Of a DNA stretch of 48,599 bases, positions 24,433 to 37,018 are shown in pieces. The notes below the pieces were generated by a model that was not told where the DNA came from, did no database searches, and was given only the letters and a program-made list of their open reading frames with translations. Origin of the DNA: Octopus bimaculoides (lineage: Eukaryota); assembly GCF_001194135.2 (NCBI RefSeq), contig NC_069001.1, positions 36,384,091 to 36,432,689 on the forward strand, read 5' to 3'. Both the position numbers and the translations under genes were made by a program. Each line of letters opens with the position of its first letter. The first letter of the stretch is position 1.

Positions 24433-24592
24433 AGTACTGGTGCCACGTAAAAAAGCATCCAGTCCACTCTGTAAATTGGTTGGAGTTGGGTGAGGCATCC
24501 AGCTGTAGAAACTGTGTCAAAGCAGATATTGGAACGTGATGCAATCTTGGGATCCATTCCAGCATGGAGATGGACATTAAATGGTGATGATT
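24433..24592 (+). mobile_element. Family C retroposon 3' end (diverged)
   Basis: GGTGCCACGTAAAAAAGCA...GGCATCCAGCTGTAGAAAC...CCAGCATGGAGATGGACATTAAATGGTGATG. Confidence 0.8.
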
Positions 24593-25336
24593 TGACAGGT
24601 GACAGGAGAAAGAGAGGACTACATCAGTACTCGGTTGGGCCAATGCCAGTATTTGAAACCCTGACTACATGATCACCACAATCACTTGACCAAATGCCTT
24701 CACCATACTTTATCAGCATAAAAGAAATAAGAAAACAATAGAAGCTGGAAAATTGTTCCATGCCATTGTTTTGCAATTTTTCATATGTGAGAATGGTCTA
24801 ATAGAAATTCTTTTGATGCCAACCTGCTGGGACCAACTGCAAGTCTGTGATACAAAATACACACACACACTCACACACATTATCCTAAAGTGATATTTAA
24901 ATTTAAAAATTAAATTAAGAAAAGAATTTCCATCATAAATTTATGTGAAAATCCTCCTTTCGTTCTGTTAAATTCCAAATGCCAGCTTAAATAACGATTA
25001 GAGTTCATTATTTTTACTAAACACTTTCAAAGTCTTAATTATTTCCTCGAAACGAGTTGAAACTTATCCACATAGAATTTAATTTCATTAGAAATATTCT
25101 AAGGAAAGTATTAAGAAAAAAGAAAGAAAGCGAGTTAATCGAGTCAATTTTGAAACATGTAACTGAGTCTTCTTTTTTAAATTAACGAAACAATTACCAT
25201 AGTAATTAATTTAAGATGACAGCATAGCCGGCTGAGTGGATTGGGTGGTCATTGACAGACGGGAGACAGATCAGTTGTTCATATAAGTGTCATTGGCACT
25301 GTATTATGACTATTACTACTCCTACCTTTATTATCC

Positions 25337-25505
25337 ATCATCATCATCGTCATCGTCGTCGTTTAGCGTCCGCTTTCCATGCTGGCATGGGTTGGACGGT
25401 TTGACTGAGGGCTGGCAAGCCAGAAGGATACACCAGGTTCCAATCTGATCTGGCAAGGTTTCTACAGCTAGATGCCCTTCCTAACGCCAACCACTCCAAG
25501 AGTGC
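25337..25505 (-). mobile_element. Family C retroposon 3' end (young)
   Basis: (CAT)n GTTTAGCGTCCGCTTTCCATGCTGGCATGGGTTGG...GATGCCCTTCCTAACGCC; CpGs intact. Confidence 0.88.
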
Positions 25506-25509
25506 AGGG

Positions 25510-25602
25510 GTACCAGTTGCACACTGGGGATCAAACTAATCAACTTAGCCCTTCCTGAAAAAATTGCTGGCCTTGTGCCAAAATTTGAAGCCATTATTAT
25601 TA

Positions 25603-25633
<31 letters not shown>

Positions 25634-25890
25634 GGCGGTGAGCTGGCAGAATCGTTAGCATGTTGAACGAAATGCTTAACGGTATTTTGCCCGTTGCTAA
25701 TCAGAAGTTAACTGAATAATAAGAGAAGACCCAGCAAGCCAAGTTCAGAGTTCAAATTCTACCGAGGTCAACTTTGCCTTTCATCCTTTTGGGGTCGATA
25801 AATAAAGTACCAGTGAAACACTGGGGTCGATGTAATCGACTATTCCCTCCTCAAAAATTTCAGGCCTTGTGCCTAGAGTAGAAAAGAATT
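25510..25890 (+). mobile_element. Two tandem SINE family B units joined by (ATT)n
   Basis: 3' part of one unit (25510-25592), (ATT)n, then a full unit starting GGCGGTGAGCTGGCAGAATCGTTAGC at 25634 with B-box GAGTTCAAATTC. Confidence 0.88.
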
Positions 25891-26134
25891 GTTGCTGTAG
25901 TATTTCCTCTGAACATTTACATTTTACTTTCCCCGGTTCAAATCCCACTGAAGCTGATTTTATCAATCATCATTTCAGGGTCAAGTAAAGCACTGGTGGG
26001 GGAGGGGGTTGATGCAGGGTGTGGGTGTGACTGTTTGGCCGGAAGGGGACAGAGGAATTCATCAGTACTCAGCTGGTACTCATGAAATGAAGTACCTTGC
26101 TCTAATTGAGTAGATCTATGATTAAAAAAAAACC

Positions 26135-26272
26135 ATTCCAACCACGACCATCCTGCCTGAATTTTTTATTACTGTTTCCCCCAAGCCCACTTTAATACAA
26201 CGACCTCATTGGCCCAGTATATTCTTCCTTTTGCAAAGTTATAGGATGTAATTTCAGACAGACTTGGCTGCT
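26135..26272 (+). repeat. Repeat family D (diverged)
   Basis: CCATTCCAACCACGACCATCC ... TTGGCTGCTAT. Confidence 0.5.
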
Positions 26273-26749
26273 ATGGCACCAATTCCTCATCTTCATCTTC
26301 CAAAAATGCAACAAAATGGTGTCAGGATTCTCCTTTGTTTTCTTTATTGTTGTATTTTCCTTCCTTCTCCTTCAAACACCATTTTCAAAGTCGTTCCATT
26401 GTCCGCCTGTCCGTTCTGTTCCAATTCCATTCATCATTTCTTTCTGGCCGCCTGACACCAATTTTAAGGAAAGTAGGATAGAATTATACATCGGTGCTTT
26501 CTCCTCCGAAGATGGTTTGGAATAGAATTCTTCTTCAATCCATCACCGGTGATATTATATGTCACAACCGAGGTGAACGAGGGCTGCTGAGAAGGCGTGT
26601 GTCTTTATCAGGGGCACAGCAAGGTGCAACATGTGCGGGACAAACCATTAACCTTCTTTCAATGGCAGCTGACACCTTTAGACGTAGGCCAGTCAGCTGG
26701 AAAGGGGGAATAAACGGATAACACACACCTATGATCAAGCATGGACACA

Positions 26750-27085
26750 CACACACACATACATCCACACAGACGGACACACACACAGAGGCTCTCTCTC
26801 ACACATACACACATGCAGACACAGACACACACAGACTCTCTCTCACACATGCAGACACACACAGAGGCTCTCTATCACACATACACACACACAAACTGAG
26901 GCTCTTTCACACATGCACACACACGCAGACACAGACACACTCTCACACATACACACACACACACATATACACACTGAGGCTCTCTCACACATACACACAC
27001 ACGCAGACACACACAGAGGCTCTCTCTCACACATACACACACAGAGGCTCTCTATCACATGTACACACACAGAAGCACACACTAA
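26750..27085. repeat. CA-rich minisatellite with recurrent CACACAGAGGCTCTCTCTCACACATACAC unit
   Basis: The GAGGCTCT motif recurs multiple times between (CA)n runs. Confidence 0.85.
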
Positions 27086-27362
27086 TTAGACATGTATACA
27101 CATGAATGAACGTGAGTCACTGCTTATATGTACATACCTGAGTGTGTATGAGTGTGTGTGTGTGTATGTTTTAAATGTACATGTGTGTGTTTGTACATGT
27201 GTGTGAGCACGTGAGTGTGTGTGTGCATAACAAACTATATACACATACATGTCTTTTATTTTTTTTTACACATTTCAATCATTAGACCGTGGTCATGCTG
27301 GGGCACTGCCTCGAAGAATTTTTTAGTCAAATGAATCTACCCCAGTACTTTTCTTTCTTTTA

Positions 27363-27467
27363 AAATCATAACATAAACAATTAAATATAAGAAATAATAA
27401 TTTCTTAAAGTATGTGTTAATCCCCATGTACCTAGACTTTGTGGACACTCTGTGTGTGTATATATAT

Positions 27468-27505
<38 letters not shown>

Positions 27506-27731
27506 ATATTAATGAAATACAGGGTAGCAAAAAAAATTTAGAAATTTTATTTACCACCAGTGGTCTATTACAGGCATCTCTGTATTTTAAATGAATATAT
27601 ATATATATATATATATNNNNNNNNNNAAATCATAACATAAACAATTAAATATAAGAAATAATAATTTCTTAAAGTATGTGTTAATCCCCATGTACCTAGA
27701 CTTTGTGGACACTCTGTGTGTGTATATATAT

Positions 27732-27769
<38 letters not shown>

Positions 27770-27881
27770 ATATTAATGAAATACAGGGTAGCAAAAAAAA
27801 TTTAGAAATTTTATTTACCACCAGTGGTCTATTACAGGCATCTCTGTATTTTAAATGAATATATATATATATATATATATA
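27363..27881. other. Probable false duplication across a 10-N gap
   Basis: 27363-27616 is repeated essentially identically from 27627, separated by exactly 10 N. Confidence 0.85.
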
Positions 27882-28229
27882 TACAACACATACGTATGTT
27901 TTAGTATATGTGTGAGTAAATATATATTCATGCCTGTGTGCATACATACATGCATACAAACATACAAACACGGTACCGTGTGTATATGTATTGTGTCTGC
28001 GACAACGAATCTATATGTATAATAGTAAAACTGTAAATTCCTTGTGATATTTACTCCCTCAGGGGAGATAACTACTCTAAAAGGGGACGTAACTCAATTT
28101 ATGCACGGCAGTTTGGTATGTAGAGTTAGCCACAGAACGAAAATCAAATTCAGCATCAAAATCAAGACTACTGCTACAGCATGGCCGCATCACATGACTC
28201 CAATGAAATGAACAATGATATAATGATAA

Positions 28230-28320
28230 TAGTTGTTTCTATTATAAGCACAAGGCCTGACATTTTAGAGGAAGGGGAGCGTCAATTACATAGGCCCTAG
28301 TACACAACTGGTACTTACAG
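28230..28320 (-). mobile_element. SINE family B 3' fragment
   Basis: GCACAAGGCCTGACATTTT...AATTACAT...ACTGGTACTT, next to an (AAT/GAT) run; further degraded B-like pieces extend to ~28580. Confidence 0.75.
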
Positions 28321-28598
28321 AGAAGGCATTGTAATTTTAGGTTCCAAGGACAGCTATTTTGAGGAGTGGGGTTTTGGCTGTACCATCAACTAAAGTAACC
28401 AGTAATTAACTGGTGCCTTGTTTATCAAGTCCAGTCGGATCTAAGATTTTTATGTTCCATGTTCTAATGAAACCAAAGTGCCTTTTACCTTTCATCCTTT
28501 TGGCTCAAGGACCAATAGAATAAACGACCAGTCAAGTAATAGGGGTTGGCATCTGCAACTAATATTCCTGGTCTTGATATATTATAAATAATAATAAC

Positions 28599-28638
<40 letters not shown>

Positions 28639-28828
28639 ACATAGATATACATGTATGTATTTATGTATATATGTACATATATATACATATGCATATATGT
28701 ACATTTATATATATATATATATACTTATATGTATGTACATATATACATATATATATGTGCATAAATGTACATAGATATACATATATATGTATGTATATAT
28801 GTACCTGTATTACATATAGGTACATATA

Positions 28829-28875
<47 letters not shown>

Positions 28876-29056
28876 GTATCTATATATGTACATATATATA
28901 TATGTGTGTGTGTGTATCTATATATGTACCTATATATACATATATGTATGTATATACACATATATAGTTACATGTGTGTGTATGTAAATACATATATATG
29001 TATATATATATACACACACACACACAGATCAATAAATACATACATACACATACGTG

Positions 29057-29102
<46 letters not shown>

Positions 29103-29329
29103 TGTACATACACATGCACCACATTCTCAAGTATACTAATTTTCTTCATCAAACCCACACTGTTCACTTTGCTGGTTGTTTTTTTGTTTTTTTTCCCATT
29201 GTTCTGAAAGGGATGAAAGGAAACAGAGCCCTTCAGAACTGAGGATGATTTCAGGGAATATTATAAAGTATTCGGTCTGTTTCATGAACGATTCTGCCAT
29301 CAATTCATCATACAGGTCTGGAGGTATGA

Positions 29330-29368
<39 letters not shown>

Positions 29369-30654
29369 CATGCACAGACAGGTAGATGATAGAAAGACAC
29401 ATACATACATACATAGACAGACAGACAGACAGATAGATACATACCTACATACACACACATACACACACACACAGTGATAGATAAATAGATACATACATTC
29501 ATATATAGACAAATTGATAGACATATATACATACATACATAGACACATAAATAGACAGATAGATAGATAAATACATAAATAGATAGATAGATGCATACAT
29601 ACATACATACCTACATAGACAGACAGATAGNNNNNNNNNNNNNNNNNNNNNNNNNNNNNNNNNNNNNNNNNNNNNNNNNNNNNNNNNNNNNNNNNNNNNN
29701 NNNNNNNNNNNNNNNNNNNNNNNNNNNNNNNNNNNNNNNNNNNNNNNNNNNNNNNNNNNNNNNNNNNNNNNNNNNNNNNNNNNNNNNNNNNNNNNNNNNN
29801 NNNNNNNNNNNNNNNNNNNNNNNNNNNNNNNNNNNNNNNNNNNNNNNNNNNNNNNNNNNNNNNNNNNNNNNNNNNNNNNNNNNNNNNNNNNNNNNNNNNN
29901 NNNNNNNNNNNNNNNNNNNNNNNNNNNNNNNNNNNNNNNNNNNNNNNNNNNNNNNNNNNNNNNNNNNNNNNNNNNNNNNNNNNNNNNNNNNNNNNNNNNN
30001 NNNNNNNNNNNNNNNNNNNNNNNNNNNNNNNNNNNNNNNNNNNNNNNNNNNNNNNNNNNNNNNNNNNNNNNNNNNNNNNNNNNNNNNNNNNNNNNNNNNN
30101 NNNNNNNNNNNNNNNNNNNNNNNNNNNNNNNNNNNNNNNNNNNNNNNNNNNNNNNNNNNNNNNNNNNNNNNNNNNNNNNNNNNNNNNNNNNNNNNNNNNN
30201 NNNNNNNNNNNNNNNNNNNNNNNNNNNNNNNNNNNNNNNNNNNNNNNNNNNNNNNNNNNNNNNNNNNNNNNATGACATGCATGGAACTAAACAATGCAAG
30301 CACAGGAAGGAAACACAATACTCCAAAGACAGAGACGTCCCCTGCTCCCCCATGAATCAACCACGTAACACCCTACACCACCACATGACCCTTACTGCTA
30401 AGGGCAAGTGCCCTTTTCCAGCTGTGCCTTCTCTGACCCGTGGACACATGCTGAGCACAGGTGGACCCATTCATGCATGCTATAGCTACCACTCACGCTG
30501 ACCTTCCTAATAAATATACCTGAGTGTTGTACTTCCCTCTACTCTTACTCTAAGTGGTACTCAAAGAAACGGATGAGGGATTAAGGCCCCAGAGTTTACA
30601 ATAGGGGTCATCGTCAAGTCTTTCGGTTTCATTTACTTTACTCTCTCTTTTTTA

Positions 30655-30830
30655 TTTTTTTGCTTGTTTCAGGGATGAGGCTGTGCCCATGCTGGAGTAC
30701 TGCCTTTGAGGATTTTAGTTTTAAAAGAAAAAACAATAAACACTGGTAGTTATTCTATCAGTCTCTTTTGCCAAACTGCTAGGCTACAGGGATGTAAACA
30801 TACCAACACCAGTTGTCAAGCTGTGGTGGA
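30655..30830 (-). mobile_element. SINE family A, 3' half (diverged)
   Basis: TTGTTTCAG...CCATGCTGGAG...TTATTCTATCAGTCTCTTTTGCC...GTTGTCAAG. Confidence 0.8.
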
Positions 30831-30845
30831 TGAGGATTGTCAAGC

Positions 30846-31225
30846 GATTTTGGGAGAAGGGTTTAGTCAATTACATAGACCCCAATATTCAACTGGTACT
30901 TTTTTTTATCAACCCCCAAAAGGATGAAATGCAATGTCGACCCCAGCAGAATTTGAACTCAGAATATAAAAACAGACAAAATACTGCTACCTTAATAATA
31001 ATAATAATAATAATAATAATGATGATAATAATAATAATAACGTCTACTAAAGGTACAAGGCCTGAAATTTTGTGGGAGGGAATTAGTCAATTACATCAAC
31101 CCCAGTGTTCAACTGGTACTTTTATTATCGACCCAGAAAGGATGCAATGTAAAGTCGACCCTGGCAGAATTTGAACCCAGAACATAAAGTCAGAAGAAAC
31201 ACCACTAAAACACTTTTTCCAGTGC
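30846..31225 (-). mobile_element. Two tandem SINE family B units joined by (ATT)n
   Basis: Units at ~30846-30993 and 31041-31225, separated by (AAT)n at 30994-31040. Confidence 0.85.
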
Positions 31226-31649
31226 AGAAACAACATCAAAGTTTTCCAATCCCAGAAAAGAAAAAGAAACAAATAATAATTTGGAGTCAACAAGGAAGCC
31301 TCTATGCAATCACTTGATCTGCTAGAAAGAGCAGTCGTGTCTTTTTTAAATTAATATATTAAAGTATTAAAAGAGAGGATATGATATGATACAGAAGGGA
31401 TTGGACATCCTAATCCTTCCTCCAACAAAACTACAACAACAACAAACACTACCCACAAGAAAACAAATCATAATATTCTTAGAATATTCTTAGTCCATTT
31501 TTATAATCTTTCTTCTTTTCTTTTTTTTTTCATTTTTGAAGAATTTTTTTTTTATAATCTTTTTTAATTTTCCAAGAATTCCTGAAAGGTTCTTAAATAA
31601 CATCTCTCTTTCTCTCTCCTGTCACCCTGTCTCATCACTCCTTTTCTCA

Positions 31650-31684
<35 letters not shown>

Positions 31685-31787
31685 TTTCCCTCATCTCTCT
31701 CGCCCTCTCTCATCATTCTCCTTCTCTTATCTCTCTCTCCCTATCTCGTCATCTCAGTCTCTAATCTCTCCTTCTTTCATCTCTCTT

Positions 31788-31826
<39 letters not shown>

Positions 31827-32022
31827 TCCCCCCCACACACACACACACACTCACTCACACTCAACATAGTTTCTATGATTGACAAGTTAAAAATCAATTC
31901 AAATGTGTATCAGGGATTTTCCTTTATTTTCAATTATTGATTCATAAAGTTGTCACACTCTCCCTCCCCCTCCATCCCTTCCCACCCCACCACCACCCTC
32001 TCTCTTTCTCTCTCTCTATCTA

Positions 32023-32059
<37 letters not shown>

Positions 32060-32419
32060 GAGGATTATTGTTGCTGTTATTGTTATTCTAGTCGTAGTAT
32101 TTCTCACTATGTTTGCATTAAGGTTAGGGTTAAGATTGTAACCGTAGTTAAAATTGCAGTTTAGATCATGTTCATGTTGTGCTTGTAGCCGTGGTTATGC
32201 ATGTGTTGTGGTTGTGACTGCAGTTCAGGCTGTGGCTGTAGTGGTGGTCATGTTTGTGTTGTGACTGCATTTACAGTAGAACTGTAATAATGGTTGTGAT
32301 TGCAGTCATGGATTTTTTGTTGTACAGCAGTGACTGGTTATTTGGTGTATTTATAGTTGTGCGATAGCTGTAGTAGTAGTAGTAGTAGCAGCAGCAGCAG
32401 CTATTTGGTTGTAGTTGTA

Positions 32420-32910
32420 TGGTGGTACTTACGGAGTAGTAGATATAATTGTGTGGAAGTTTGAGTGGTAGTACTTATTGTTGTGTGGTAGTGGTAGTGG
32501 TTATAGTTTGTATGGCAGTACACTGTGTGCTGGTGACCATAGTTCCCGTGGTAGTACTTATTGTGTGCTAGTAGTTACAGTTTGTGTTGTAGTACTTATC
32601 GTTCTGTGGTAATGGTTATGGTTTGTGTGGTTGTACATTGTGTCCTGGTGACTATAGCTTGTGTGGTAGCACTTAACCTTGTGTGCTGGTGGTTAAAGTT
32701 TGTGTCATAGTACTTATCATTGTGTGCTAGTAGCTATAGTTTGGGTGGTAGTACTTATCGTTCTGTGGTAGTGGTTATGGTTTGTGTGGTTGTATGTTGT
32801 GTCCTGGTGACTATAGTTTGTGTAGTAGCACTTAACGTTGTGTGCTGGTGGCTAAAGTTTGTGTCATAGTACTTATTATGTGTTAGTGGCTATAGTTTGT
32901 GTGGTAGTAG
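32420..32910. repeat. GT-rich minisatellite, ~36-41-bp monomer, with 159-bp higher-order repeat
   Basis: Monomers A41-B36-C41-D41 at 32589-32747 recur at 32748-32903. Confidence 0.9.
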
Positions 32911-35262
32911 CTACAATTGCAGATTCAAATGTTGCAGTATTAGTAATGGTGGTGGTGGTGGTGGTGGTGGTGGTNNNNNNNNNNNNNNNNNNNNNNNNNN
33001 NNNNNNNNNNNNNNNNNNNNNNNNNNNNNNNNNNNNNNNNNNNNNNNNNNNNNNNNNNNNNNNNNNNNNNNNNNNNNNNNNNNNNNNNNNNNNNNNNNNN
33101 NNNNNNNNNNNNNNNNNNNNNNNNNNNNNNNNNNNNNNNNNNNNNNNNNNNNNNNNNNNNNNNNNNNNNNNNNNNNNNNNNNNNNNNNNNNNNNNNNNNN
33201 NNNNNNNNNNNNNNNNNNNNNNNNNNNNNNNNNNNNNNNNNNNNNNNNNNNNNNNNNNNNNNNNNNNNNNNNNNNNNNNNNNNNNNNNNNNNNNNNNNNN
33301 NNNNNNNNNNNNNNNNNNNNNNNNNNNNNNNNNNNNNNGCAACACCGTTCTTCACTTTAGCAGCTGGAGCAAAGATGGTAGTGCCTCTTTATCAATCATA
33401 GATTGATAATCTGCACACAACCTGACCATTAACATCGCACACTACCTAACTTGCTAGCTATCCATCAATCCATCTATCCATCTATCTATCTGTCTATCCA
33501 GCTGTCAGTCTATCTGTCTATCGATATCCATCTGTTATTCACTCTATCTGTCTGTCTATCTATCCATCTGTCACTCCATCTGTTTAATTATCTATCTATC
33601 TATCGATCTATTTATATATCCAGCTGTCACTCTATCTTTCTGTTCGTCTATCTATCTATCTATCCATCTATCTGTCTGCCTATCTATCTATCTATCTATC
33701 CATCTATCTATATATATATATATATAATTGTCTATCTCTCTATTTGTCTGTCCATCTATCTATCTCTGATTTTCTTCCTCTCTCTTTATATCTGTCTTAT
33801 GTTTTGATTCTCTCTCTCTCTCTCTTGCTTTGCACCTCTCTCTCTCTCTCTCTCACTCCTCTCTTTCTTTAATTCTTTCTCTTCTTCCACAACATCTCCC
33901 GTCACATGCACGCGTCCACACACACACACACACACTCTTATCGTCGGATCAGCTCTCTTCGACATGTTGAAGTTAACTGTGGAAATCTAACGTAGTGTCG
34001 CTGTCACCGTTCCTGTTGTTTGGTCATTACATTCTTGAATGACACCAACACCGTTGATGACAACGCCAATGCTGACGATGATGTTAACGATGGTGATGAT
34101 GATGATGTCGCTGTTGTTGTTGTTTGTCTCGGAGGTGGTGGAGGAGAGTAGTGTTAGAGCTTATTGAAACCCCCTATTCGGAAAGCTGTGTATGGATAAC
34201 ACTTTGGAAATAACAAGGGACCAGGAATGGAAAGATAGCAGAGTGAAGCCATGTAGTAGAACCTGATTCGCAAACACCAATTCCTCTGCCTCTCTCTCTC
34301 TCTCTCTCTCTCCCCTATTGATCTTTGATTCTCTCTTTCTCTCTCTCATTCAGTCTGTCTCACTTTGTTTATCTCTCATTCTCTCTCTCTCTCTCTGTAT
34401 TTATCTCTTATTCTCTCTCTCTCACTTTATCTCCTATTCTCTCTCTCTCCCTCTCTCTCCATCCATAATAATGGATGCTGAAGGTATCGATAAATAGGCA
34501 GTAAATTGCAAATAGAAAGGGGGTTTTTTTTTCCAAGGCAAAAAAAAAAACAAAAATAATTTTTTTTTTTTTAAAGTGACAAAAAGAAAAAAAGAACAAA
34601 AAAACAAAAGCAAAAAAAAAGAAGACGAAAAAGGAAGAAAAGATCCTTCAAAAATATATACCGGAACAACTGTAGTGGAACGGTAAAGAAGAGAAGAGAA
34701 GAATTGAATGTTTGTGAAGCTCATTGAATTCTTCGTCTTCCACAAAGAATATCCAGTTAAAGTTGCAACATTGAAATCATGGAAGCCTCAGATCCAAAGT
34801 AATTTTTCTTGGAGACAGCAAAAAAAAAAAAAACGAACAAAAAAAAAGAAAAAACACAAAAAAAAATGCAAGGAAAAAGAAGAGAAATGGATTAGTTTTT
34901 GGGGGCATTTTTCTTTACTTTTTCCTGTAAAACTATTGTCCCAAGACAGTAATATTTTTTTATAATTTTTGGGGTTTTTGGTTGTGCTTTTTGTTCTGTT
35001 CTTTGGTTAATTTTTCCAACTCTTCTGTCATCATCATCATCATTGTCATGACAATCACTACAAGAACGACTACAGCTGCTACAATGACAATAACAACAAC
35101 AACAACAGCTACAATGTAATTATAATAATAATAATAATAATAATAATAAGTGGTCACGGTCTCTGCCGCCGTCAACAGCAACAGCAGCAGCAGCAGCATT
35201 GTCAGCATCGCAATGATTGGCATCGTCAGAGCATCATCATCATCATCGTCGTCATCATCATT

Positions 35263-35306
35263 ATGTTTGTAGTCTGTTTAACCGCTGCGACCGTCAGCAG
35301 CAACAA
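35263..35306 (+). other. Candidate coding part of an alternative navigator first exon (MFVVCLTAATVSSN + AA|GTAAGA)
   Basis: ATG at 35263 and a good donor CAA|GTAAGA at 35307, phase 2 like the navigator donor; lies in a SINE-free, CpG-retaining region. Purely ab initio. Confidence 0.3.
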
Positions 35307-35991
35307 GTAAGATGTGGAAAGGATCACAGCTACTTCGTGCATCGACGAGAGTTATCTATTGCAACTAAATAATTTATGTTGTGATATTTCAGATATTTAT
35401 CACATATTCTACACACACACACACACACACACACTCATATTACAAACATACTTATACACACACACACACACCTACATATATATATATGGACACACACACA
35501 CACACATAAAGACTGGCACGTACATATGTTTATATACACACACAAAGACTGACACTTACACACACAAATACTCACACACACACACACAGACACTCACATA
35601 TATATATACACACACACACATTTATATATATATATATATATATACATACACACATACATTTATATACACACACACACACATACACACACACATATATATC
35701 ATATCATCAGCTGGATACTTACCACCACACACACAAATCCTCTCCTCTACAAACACTCCCACACACGCATGCATATGTAATATACACCCATACATACACA
35801 CACACACGCACACACCTTCTGTACACCACACTACATACACACTTCCCTTGATATACACATCCAAATACATACCACCCTCCAATAAACACACACATACATT
35901 CGAATATATATACATACATACGTCATAGTATTAGCTTGCTGGATTCTCTCTCTCACTCTCTCTCTCTCTCCACACACACACACACACACAA

Positions 35992-36040
<49 letters not shown>

Positions 36041-36977
36041 TACATAAATGATCATCATATCGGCTGGATTCTCTACCCCACCACACTACATACACATACA
36101 CAAACCCTCCTCTCTCTTTCTCTCTCCACACACACACACACACACACACTATAACTATCAGGACCATGGAAACAGCGGCAAATCTATCAACGCATCCATC
36201 CTAAACTAACAATGGAATAACACCAGAAACAGCCAGAACCCATTGCTCATTCTGCAACTTATTTATTTTGGATTCCATGTTTATTTCTACACACACACAC
36301 ACACACACACACAAGCACCTATATATATATGTATATATGTGTATGTATCTATGTATATTTATATATATATATATATGCAAGTGTACCCCCAAAATGTGAG
36401 ACATGCTAACAAAACCTTGCTGATGTTTTGAGTATTTTTAATCAAGAACGACTCAGTAGAATGGAACAACAAGATTTTTTGGGATTCATAAACCAAAATT
36501 ACTGCCCAAGGTTTGACAATTATTTTTATTCATTGCATCCATCCTTTCATACATACATATATATTTATANNNNNNNNNNNNNNNNNNNNNNNNNNNNNNN
36601 NNNNNNNNNNNNNNNNNNNNNNNNNNNNNNNNNNNNNNNNNNNNNNNNNNNNNNNNNNNNNNNNNNNNNNNNNNNNNNNNNNNNNNNNNNNNNNNNNNNN
36701 NNNNNNNNNNNNNNNNNNNNNNNNNNNNNNNNNNNNNNNNNNNNNNNNNNNNNNNNNNNNNNNNNNNNNNNNNNNNNNNNNNNNNNNNNNNNNNNNNNNN
36801 NNNNNNNNNNNNNNNNNNNNNNNNNNNNNNNNNNNNNNNNNNNNNNNNNNNNNNNNNNNNNNNNNNNNNNNNNNNNNNNNNNNNNNNNNNNNNNNNNNNN
36901 NNNNNNNNNNNNNNNNNNNNNNNNNNNNNNNNNNNNNNNNNNNNNNNNNNNNNNNNNNNNNNNNNNNNNNNNNNNNN

Positions 36978-37018
<41 letters not shown>

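Noticed and set aside
32420-32910. CRISPR-like array
   Set aside because: Units are mutually homologous along their whole length with no unique spacers, the context is eukaryotic, and there are no cas genes. It is a minisatellite.
33350-33410. Next navigator exon (…TTTAG|C AGC TGG AGC AAA GAT…)
   Set aside because: Translation SSWSKDGSASLSIID* lacks the DDSSS motif and hits a stop; the acceptor is weak.
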